From Auanema rhodensis (taxonomy: Eukaryota > Animalia > Nematoda): a stretch of 64,000 bases of DNA. The stretch lies in the NCBI GenBank assembly GCA_964057225.1, contig OZ059896.1, positions 3,224,001 to 3,288,000 of the forward strand, in the 5' to 3' direction. Shown piece after piece: positions 1 through 10,318 of this stretch. The position numbers and the translations under genes are program-made. A model generated the notes under the pieces. The model made no database searches. It saw nothing but the letters and a program-made list of their open reading frames with translations, and was not told where the DNA came from. The first letter of the stretch is position 1. Each line of letters starts with the position of its first letter.

Positions 1-506
1 TACAAAGAAGAATGAAAAAATTATCAAGAGATGCATAACGTATAATAGAGTATCAGTAAACATTTAAAATATGAACAGGTTTCAAAAAAAGTAATATCAT
101 TTCATGGGGAAGTATTAAAAGCAAAGAAGAAGTATCAAGAAGGATTTTCAATAAGAAAACATGAAGAAATTTCAACAAATACAAAGAAGAATGAGAAAAT
201 TATCAAGAGATGTATAACATATTATAGAGTATCAGTAAACATTTAAAATATGAACAGGTTTCAAAAAAGGTAATATCATTTCATGGGGAAGTATTAAAAG
301 CAAAGAAGAAGTAACAAGAAGGATTTTCAATAAGAAAACATGAAGAAATTTCAACAAATACAAATAAGAATGAGAAAATTATCAAGAGATATATAACGTA
401 CTATAGAGTATCAGTAAACATTTTAAATATGAACAGGTTTCAAAAAAAGTTATAACAAGTCATGGTAAAATCAAGTTTTAAAAGCAAAGAAGAAGTATCA
501 AGAAGG
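1..506 (+). repeat. 179-bp AT-rich satellite (SatA), forward block 1
   Basis: tacaaagaagaatga recurs at 1 and 180 (period 179). The block ends at the junction agaagg|ttctttcattc at ~506/507. Confidence 0.95.
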
Positions 507-2905
507 TTCTTTCATTCTTATTTGTATTTGTTGAAATTTCTTCATGTTTTCTTATTGAAAATCCTTCTTGATACTTCTTCTTTGCTTTTAATACTTCCCC
601 ATGAAATGATATTACTTTTTTTGAAACCTGTTCATATTTTAAATGTTTACTGATACTCTATAATACGTTATGCATCTCTTGATAATTTTTTCATTCTTCT
701 TTGTATTTGTTAAAATTTCTTCATGTTTTCTTATTGAAAATCCTTCTTGATACTTCTTCTTTGCTTTTAATACTTCCCCATGAAATGATATTACTTTTTT
801 TGAAACCTGTTCATATTTTAAATGTTTACTGATACTCTATAATACGTTATGCATCTCTTGATAATTTTTTCATTCTTCTTTGTATTTGTTAAAATTTCTT
901 CATGTTTTCTTATTGAAAATCCTTCTTGATACTTCTTCTTTGCTTTTAATACTTCCCCATGAAATGATATTACTTTTTTCGAAATCTGTTCATATTTTAA
1001 ATGTTTACTGATACTCTATAATACGTTATGCATCTCTTGATAATTTTTTCATTCTTCTTTGTATTTGTTAAAATTTCTTCATGTTTTCTTACTGAAAATC
1101 CTTCTTGATACTTCTTCTCTGCTTTTAATACTTCCCCATGAATTGATATTACTTTTTTCGAAATCTGTTCATATTCCAAATGTTTACTGATACTCTATAA
1201 TATGTTATGCATCTTTCGATAATTTTCTCATTCTTTTTTGTATTTGTTGAAATTTCTTCATGTTATCTTACTGAAAATGCTTCTTGATACTTTTTTTTGT
1301 TTTTAATACTTCCCCATGAAATGATATTACTTTTTTTGAAATCTGTTCATATTTTAAATGTTTACTGATACTCTATAATACGTTATGCATCTCTTGATAA
1401 TTTTTTCATTCTTCTTTGTATTTGTTAAAATTTCTTCATGTTTTCTTATTGAAAATCCTTCTTGATACTTCTTCTTTGCTTTTAATACTTCCCCATGAAA
1501 TGATATTACTTTTTTTGAAACCTGTTCATATTTTAAATGTTTACTGATACTCTATAATACGTTATGCATCTCTTGATAATTTTTTCATTCTTCTTTGTAT
1601 TTGTTAAAATTTCTTCATGTTTTCTTATTGAAAATCCTTCTTGATACTTCTTCTTTGCTTTTAATACTTCCCCATGAAATGATATTACTTTTTTTGAAAT
1701 CTGTTCATATTTTAAATGTTTACTGATACTCTATAATACGTTATGCATCTCTTGATAATTTTTTCATTCTTCTTTGTATTTGTTAAAATTTCTTCATGTT
1801 TTCTTACTGAAAATCCTTCTTGATACTTCTTCTCTGCTTTTAATACTTCCCCATGAATTGATATTACTTTTTTTGAAACCTGTTCATATTCCAAATGTTT
1901 ACTGATACTCTATAATATGTTATGCATCTTTCGATAATTTTCTCATTCTTTTTTGTATTTGTTGAAATTTCTTCATGTTATCTTACTGAAAATGCTTCTT
2001 GATACTTTTTTTTGTTTTTAATACCTCCCCATGAAATGATATTACTTTTTTTGAAATCTGTTCATATTTTAAATGTTTACTGATACTCTATAATACGTTA
2101 TGCATCTCTTGATAATTTTTTCATTCTTCTTTGTATTTGTTAAAATTTCTTCATGTTTTCTTACTGAAAATCCTTCTTGATACTTCTTCTCTGCTTTTAA
2201 TACTTACCCATGAATTGATATTACTTTTTTTGAAACCTGTTCATATTTTAAATGTTTACTGATACTCTATAATATGTTATACATCTCTTGATAATTTTCT
2301 CATTCTTATTTGTATTTGTTAAAATTTCTTCATGTTTTCTTAATGAAAATCCTTCTTGATACTTCTTCTTTGCTTTTAAAACTTGATTTCCCCATGAGTT
2401 GATATTACTTTTTTTGAAACCTGTTCATATTTTAAATGTTTACTGATACTCTATAATATGTTATACATCTCTTGATAATTTTCTCATTCTTATTTGTATT
2501 TGTTAAAATTTCTTCATGTTTTCTTACTGAAAATGCTTCTTGATACTTTTTTTTTGTTTTTAATACTTGATTTTACCATGACTTGTTATAACTTTCTTTC
2601 GTATCCTGTTCATGGAATAAATAATAGTTTACTCTAGTATACTTTGTACATCTCCTGATAATTTTCTCATTCTTAATTGTATTCTTTAAAATTTCTTCAT
2701 GTTTTCTTACTGAAAATGCTTCTTGATACTTTTTCTTTGTTTTTAATACTTGATTTTTCAATGACTTGATATAACTTTCTTTCGTATCCTGTTCATGGAT
2801 AAAATAATAGTTTACTCTTGTATACTTTGTACATCTCTTGATAATTTTCTCATTCTTCTTTGTATTTGTTAAAATTTCTTCATGTTTTCTTACTGAAAAT
2901 GCTTC
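507..2905 (-). repeat. SatA inverted block 1 (~13 monomers)
   Basis: Reverse complement of the same monomer (ttcattcttctttgtatttgtt...). Ends at gaaaatgcttc|aagtattaaaa. Confidence 0.95.
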
Positions 2906-4567
2906 AAGTATTAAAAACAAAAAAAAGTATCAAGAAGCATCTTCAGTAGGAAAACATAAAAAAATTTTAACAAATACCAAGAAGAATGAGAAAATTATCA
3001 AGAGATATATAACGTACTATAGAGTATCAGTAAACATTTTAAATATAAACAGGTTTCAAAAAAAGTTATAACAAATCATGATAAAATCAAGTATTAAAAG
3101 CAAAGAAGAAGTATCAAGAAGTATTTTCAGTAAGAAAACATGAAGAATTTTTAAAGAATACAATTAAGAATGAGAAAATTATCAGGAGATGTACAAAGTA
3201 TACTAGAGTAAACTATTATTTATTCCATGAACAGGATACGAAAGAAAGTTATAACAAGTCATGGTAAAATCAAGTATTAAAAACAAAAAAAAAGTATCAA
3301 GAAGCATTTTCAGTAAGAAAACATGAAGAAATTTTAACAAATACAAATAAGAATGAGAAAATTATCAAGAGATGTATAACATATTATAGAGTATCAGTAA
3401 ACATTTAAAATATGAACAGGTTTCAAAAAAAGTAATATCAACTCATGGGGAAATCAAGTTTTAAAAGCAAAGAAGAAGTATCAAGAAGGATTTTCATTAA
3501 GAAAACATGAAGAAATTTTAACAAATACAAATAAGAATGAGAAAATTATCAAGAGATGTATAACATATTATAGAGTATCAGTAAACATTTAAAATATGAA
3601 CAGGTTTCAAAAAAAGTAATATCAATTCATGGGTAAGTATTAAAAGCAGAGAAGAAGTATCAAGAAGGATTTTCAGTAAGAAAACATGAAGAAATTTTAA
3701 CAAATACAAAGAAGAATGAAAAAATTATCAAGAGATGCATAACGTATTATAGAGTATCAGTAAACATTTAAAATATGAACAGATTTCAAAAAAAGTAATA
3801 TCATTTCATGGGGAGGTATTAAAAACAAAAAAAAGTATCAAGAAGCATTTTCAGTAAGATAACATGAAGAAATTTCAACAAATACAAAAAAGAATGAGAA
3901 AATTATCGAAAGATGCATAACATATTATAGAGTATCAGTAAACATTTGGAATATGAACAGGTTTCAAAAAAAGTAATATCAATTCATGGGGAAGTATTAA
4001 AAGCAGAGAAGAAGTATCAAGAAGGATTTTCAGTAAGAAAACATGAAGAAATTTTAACAAATACAAAGAAGAATGAAAAAATTATCAAGAGATGCATAAC
4101 GTATTATAGAGTATCAGTAAACATTTAAAATATGAACAGATTTCAAAAAAAGTAATATCATTTCATGGGGAAGTATTAAAAGCAAAGAAGAAGTATCAAG
4201 AAGGATTTTCAATAAGAAAACATGAAGAAATTTTAACAAATACAAAGAAGAATGAAAAAATTATCAAGAGATGCATAACGTATTATAGAGTATCAGTAAA
4301 CATTTAAAATATGAACAGGTTTCAAAAAAAGTAATATCATTTCATGGGGAAGTATTAAAAGCAAAGAAGAAGTATCAAGAAGGATTTTCAATAAGAAAAC
4401 ATGAAGAAATTTTAACAAATACAAAGAAGAATGAAAAAATTATCAAGAGATGCATAACGTATTATAGAGTATCAGTAAACATTTAAAATATGAACAGGTT
4501 TCAAAAAAAGTTATAACAAGTCATGGTAAAATCAAGTTTTAAAAGCAAAGAAGAAGTATCAAGAAGG
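2906..4567 (+). repeat. SatA forward block 2, of which 3149-4497 is an inverted copy of 1343-2691
   Basis: Mirror coordinates sum to 5840 (e.g. ORF 1712..1894 (-) vs 3946..4128 (+)). Rare variants (gggtaagt, gggaggt, actcatggggaaatc) match in mirror order. Confidence 0.93.
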
Positions 4568-6966
4568 TTCTTTCATTCTTATTTGTATTTGTTGAAATTT
4601 CTTCATGTTTTCTTATTGAAAATCCTTCTTGATACTTCTTCTTTGCTTTTAATACTTCCCCATGAAATGATATTACTTTTTTTGAAACCTGTTCATATTT
4701 TAAATGTTTACTGATACTCTATAATACGTTATGCATCTCTTGATAATTTTTTCATTCTTCTTTGTATTTGTTAAAATTTCTTCATGTTTTCTTATTGAAA
4801 ATCCTTCTTGATACTTCTTCTTTGCTTTTAATACTTCCCCATGAAATGATATTACTTTTTTTGAAACCTGTTCATATTTTAAATGTTTACTGATACTCTA
4901 TAATACGTTATGCATCTCTTGATAATTTTTTCATTCTTCTTTGTATTTGTTAAAATTTCTTCATGTTTTCTTATTGAAAATCCTTCTTGATACTTCTTCT
5001 TTGCTTTTAATACTTCCCCATGAAATGATATTACTTTTTTCGAAATCTGTTCATATTTTAAATGTTTACTGATACTCTATAATACGTTATGCATCTCTTG
5101 ATAATTTTTTCATTCTTCTTTGTATTTGTTAAAATTTCTTCATGTTTTCTTACTGAAAATCCTTCTTGATACTTCTTCTCTGCTTTTAATACTTCCCCAT
5201 GAATTGATATTACTTTTTTTGAAACCTGTTCATATTCCAAATGTTTACTGATACTCTATAATATGTTATGCATCTTTCGATAATTTTCTCATTCTTTTTT
5301 GTATTTGTTGAAATTTCTTCATGTTATCTTACTGAAAATGCTTCTTGATACTTTTTTTTGTTTTTAATACTTCCCCATGAAATGATATTACTTTTTTTGA
5401 AATCTGTTCATATTTTAAATGTTTACTGATACTCTATAATACGTTATGCATCTCTTGATAATTTTTTCATTCTTCTTTGTATTTGTTAAAATTTCTTCAT
5501 GTTTTCTTATTGAAAATCCTTCTTGATACTTCTTCTTTGCTTTTAATACTTCCCCATGAAATGATATTACTTTTTTTGAAACCTGTTCATATTTTAAATG
5601 TTTACTGATACTCTATAATACGTTATGCATCTCTTGATAATTTTTTCATTCTTCTTTGTATTTGTTAAAATTTCTTCATGTTTTCTTATTGAAAATCCTT
5701 CTTGATACTTCTTCTTTGCTTTTAATACTTCCCCATGAAATGATATTACTTTTTTTGAAATCTGTTCATATTTTAAATGTTTACTGATACTCTATAATAC
5801 GTTATGCATCTCTTGATAATTTTTTCATTCTTCTTTGTATTTGTTAAAATTTCTTCATGTTTTCTTACTGAAAATCCTTCTTGATACTTCTTCTCTGCTT
5901 TTAATACTTCCCCATGAATTGATATTACTTTTTTTGAAACCTGTTCATATTCCAAATGTTTACTGATACTCTATAATATGTTATGCATCTTTCGATAATT
6001 TTCTCATTCTTTTTTGTATTTGTTGAAATTTCTTCATGTTATCTTACTGAAAATGCTTCTTGATACTTTTTTTTGTTTTTAATACCTCCCCATGAAATGA
6101 TATTACTTTTTTTGAAATCTGTTCATATTTTAAATGTTTACTGATACTCTATAATACGTTATGCATCTCTTGATAATTTTTTCATTCTTCTTTGTATTTG
6201 TTAAAATTTCTTCATGTTTTCTTACTGAAAATCCTTCTTGATACTTCTTCTCTGCTTTTAATACTTACCCATGAATTGATATTACTTTTTTTGAAACCTG
6301 TTCATATTTTAAATGTTTACTGATACTCTATAATATGTTATACATCTCTTGATAATTTTCTCATTCTTATTTGTATTTGTTAAAATTTCTTCATGTTTTC
6401 TTAATGAAAATCCTTCTTGATACTTCTTCTTTGCTTTTAAAACTTGATTTCCCCATGAGTTGATATTACTTTTTTTGAAACCTGTTCATATTTTAAATGT
6501 TTACTGATACTCTATAATATGTTATACATCTCTTGATAATTTTCTCATTCTTATTTGTATTTGTTAAAATTTCTTCATGTTTTCTTACTGAAAATGCTTC
6601 TTGATACTTTTTTTTTGTTTTTAATACTTGATTTTACCATGACTTGTTATAACTTTCTTTCGTATCCTGTTCATGGAATAAATAATAGTTTACTCTAGTA
6701 TACTTTGTACATCTCCTGATAATTTTCTCATTCTTAATTGTATTCTTTAAAATTTCTTCATGTTTTCTTACTGAAAATGCTTCTTGATACTTTTTCTTTG
6801 TTTTTAATACTTGATTTTTCAATGACTTGATATAACTTTCTTTCGTATCCTGTTCATGGATAAAATAATAGTTTACTCTTGTATACTTTGTACATCTCTT
6901 GATAATTTTCTCATTCTTCTTTGTATTTGTTAAAATTTCTTCATGTTTTCTTACTGAAAATGCTTC
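4568..6966 (-). repeat. SatA inverted block 2 (direct copy of 507-2905, offset 4061 bp)
   Basis: Both orientation junctions and five ORF-track entries recur at exactly +4061 (462/4523, 997/5058, 1712/5773, 2573/6634, 2838/6899). Confidence 0.95.
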
Positions 6967-7627
6967 AAGTATTAAAAACAAAAAAAAGTATCAAGAAGCA
7001 TCTTCAGTAGGAAAACATAAAAAAATTTTAACAAATACCAAGAAGAATGAGAAAATTATCAAGAGATATATAACGTACTATAGAGTATCAGTAAACATTT
7101 TAAATATAAACAGGTTTCAAAAAAAGTTATAACAAATCATGATAAAATCAAGTATTAAAAGCAAAGAAGAAGTATCAAGAAGTATTTTCAGTAAGAAAAC
7201 ATGAAGAATTTTTAAAGAATACAAAGTAGAATGAGAAAATTTTCAGGAGATGTACAGAGTATACTAGAGTAAACTATTATTTATTCCATGAGCAGGATAC
7301 GAAAGAAAGTTATATCATGTCATGGTAAAATCAAGTATTAAAAACAAAGAAAAAGTGTTAAGAAGCATTTTGTTTTGGAAAATTTCTACAAATACAAATA
7401 AGAACAAACAATTATCAAGAGATGTACAAATTATACTACAGTATATAATTATTCATTCCATGAACAGGATACAAAAGAAAGTTATATCAAGTCATTGTAA
7501 AATCAAATAATAAAAGCAAATAAGAAATATCAAGAAGCACTTTCAATAAGAAAATGTGAAGAATTTTCAAGAAATATAAATAAGATCAAACAATTATCAG
7601 GAGATGTATAGAGTATACTAGAGTAAA
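6967..7627 (+). repeat. SatA forward block 3 with diverged edge monomers
   Basis: Same monomer, increasingly diverged after 7225, with a small deletion/replacement near 7370. Ends at ...ctagagtaaa. Confidence 0.88.
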
Positions 7628-8200
7628 TAAACCACGCCCACATTCCTAACGTCAATGAAAGCCGAACTGTACAAATGCTAATATATTAACTAGTTAGCTA
7701 AATCTCTCAATATATACATTATATTTATATATATAAGTATAAATATGAAAAAAAAAAGAGAAAAAATAAAAATTTAAAAAAATACAACACTAAGAATATT
7801 CAAATTTTCAAAATAGCATAAGCAAGCAATGAAAATCTAAACAATCATATCATTTTAAAAAAAAGAAAGAGCGGTTGTAGTCAGCATCATTACTTCAACT
7901 TCTAATCAACAACAAGCACATAGCACAGATAAGTCAATCACTATTTTATTATTCAATCATATAAGTTCAAGACCTTTTCCTCCTTTACCACGTTCAGACA
8001 TGCTGATCAAGCTGTGTGTTGAATAGTAACCCTAGCATCTCCGTTCTATACTAGTGCTGTAGAGGTCACCGCGCAAAAACCCATTGTAATCGCCACCAAG
8101 CATATTGGCGCTTAATTTTGCCGCTCAATTCTAGAAATGTATATTTAAATTTTATATAAACGATAAGAATAACATAAACAACTGTTTATTTGCGAACAAA
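7394..8200 (+). repeat. ~807-bp direct duplication, copy 1 (SatA edge plus non-satellite spacer)
   Basis: Matches 9231-10036 (offset 1837/1836) with roughly ten differences by eye. Confidence 0.95.
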
Positions 8201-9230
8201 GTTAAAATTTCTTCATGTTTTCCTACTGAATATGCTTCTTGATACTTTTTTTTGTTTTTAATACTTGATTTTACCATGACTTGTTATAACTTTCTTTCGT
8301 ATCATGTTCATGGAATAAATAATATTTTACTCTAGTATATTTTGTACATCTCTTGATAATTTTCTCATTCTTTTTTGTATTTGTTAAAATTTCTTCCTGT
8401 TTTCTTACTGAAAATGCTTCTTGATACTTTTTTTTTGTTTTTAATACTTGATTTTATCATGACTTGATTTTACTTTTGTTGAAACCTGTTCATATTTTAA
8501 ATGTTTACTGATACTCCAGTATACTTTGTACATCTTTCGATAATTTTGTCATTCTGTTTTGTATTTGTTAAAATTTCTTCCTGTTTTCTTACTGAAAATG
8601 CTTCTTGATACTTTTTTTTTGTTTTTAATACTTGATTTTATCATGACTTGATATTACTTTTGTTGAAACCTGTTCATATTTTAAATGTTTACGGATACTC
8701 TAGTATAATTTGTACATCTTTCGATAATTTTCTCATTCTTCTTTGTATTTGTTAAAATTTCTTCATGTTTTCTTGCTGAAAATCCTTCTTGATACTTCTT
8801 CTTTGCTTTTAAAACTTGATTTTACCATGACTTGTTATAACTTTTTTTGAAACCTGTTCATATTTAAAATGTTTACTGATACTCTATAGTACGTTATATA
8901 TCTCTTGATAATTTTCTCATTCTTCTTTGTATTTGTTAAAATTTCTTCATGTTTTCTTACTGAAAATCCTTCTTGATACTTCTTCTCTGCTTTTAATACT
9001 TTCCCATGAATTGATATTACTTTTTTTGAAACCTGTTCATATTTTAAATGTTTACTGATACTCTATAATACGTTATGCATCTCTTGATAATTTTCTCATT
9101 CTTATTTGTATTTGTTAAAATTTCTTCATGTTTTCTTACTGAAAATGCTTCTTGATACTTTTTTTTTGTTTTTAATACTTAATTTTTCAATGACTTGTTA
9201 TAACTTTCTTTCGTATCCTGTTCATGGATA
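8201..9230 (-). repeat. SatA inverted block 3 (~5.5 monomers) between the two duplicate copies
   Basis: Starts abruptly at gcgaacaaa|gttaaaatttcttcatg and ends at ttcatggata|acaaataagaac. Confidence 0.92.
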
Positions 9231-10036
9231 ACAAATAAGAACAAACAATTATCAAGAGATGTACAAATTATACTACAGTATATAATTATTCATTCCATGA
9301 ACAGGATACAAAAGAAAGTTATATCAAGTCATTGTAAAATCAAATAATAAAAGCAAAGAAGAAATATCAAGAAGCACTTTCAATAAGAAAATGTGAAGAA
9401 TTTTCAACAAATATAAATAAGATCAAACAATTATCAGGAGATGTATAGAGTATACTAGAGTAAATAAACCACGCCCACATTCCTAAAGTCAATGGAAGCC
9501 GAACTGTACAAATGCTAATATATTAACTAGTTAGCTAAATCTCTCAATATATACATTATATTTATATATATAAGTATAAATATGAAAAAAATAAGAGAAA
9601 AAATAAAAATTAAAAAAAATACAACACTAAGAATATTCAAATTTTCAAAATAGCATAAGCAAGCAATGAAAATCTAAACAATCATATCATTTTAAAAAAA
9701 AGAAAGAGCGGTTGTAGTCAGTATCATTACTTCAACTTCTAATCAACAACAAGCACATAGCACAGATAAGTCAATCACTATTTTATTATTCAATCATATA
9801 AATTCAAGACCTTTTCCTCCTTTACCACGTTCAGACATGCTGATCAAGCTGTGTGTTGAATAGTAACCCTAGCATCTCCGTTATATACTAGTGCTGTAGA
9901 GGTCACCGCGCAAAAACCCATTGTAATCGCCACCAAGCATATTGGCGCTTAATTTTGCTAGAAATTCTAGAAATGTATATTTAAATTTTATATAAACGAT
10001 AAGAATAACATAAACAACTGTTTATTTGCGAACAAA
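9231..10036 (+). repeat. ~806-bp direct duplication, copy 2
   Basis: Matches 7394-8200 and continues into single-copy sequence 10037-10316. Confidence 0.95.
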
Positions 10037-10318
10037 CGTGGAATAGAAACATGTGAGGCATTAGATATGATCACTGTTGTTGTTATCAACATGAAAGCAT
10101 AATTAATGAAATTCATAAAAAAAAATAGAGATGGATATGGAGTATCAAAGATAGGGATTCTCCTTTACATAACAGCGAAACATATCATATCAATTATCAT
10201 TACATAGCAAAAAAAGACAAGACAGACACAGTATTATATTATAAATCATTATGAATACATCAAATTTAAATGTGGCCCTAAAGAGGGCCGTTGGGTTGTT
10301 GATTAGAAGTTGAAGTAA
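9727..10318. mobile_element. Candidate non-autonomous TIR element (MITE-like, ~590 bp), or a templated inverted insertion
   Basis: Perfect 24-bp inverted repeat ttacttcaacttctaatcaacaac (9727-9750) / gttgttgattagaagttgaagtaa (10295-10318). It can be read as 21-bp TIRs flanked by TA on both sides. No transposase ORF. Confidence 0.4.

Noticed and set aside
462-7510. 60-115 aa K/E/F-rich ORFs in SatA
   Set aside because: These are translations of satellite monomers on either strand. The 179-bp period breaks frame, and no domain is recognisable.
7700-7800. TATA-like / (TA)n and poly-A stretch as a promoter or retroelement tail
   Set aside because: Low-complexity AT sequence with no associated gene, element body or target-site duplication.
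1-9460. Assignment to a named satellite (e.g. Arabidopsis CEN178 for SatA, Drosophila 359-bp for SatB)
   Set aside because: Only the length is similar. I do not recognise sequence similarity, and a database search is needed.
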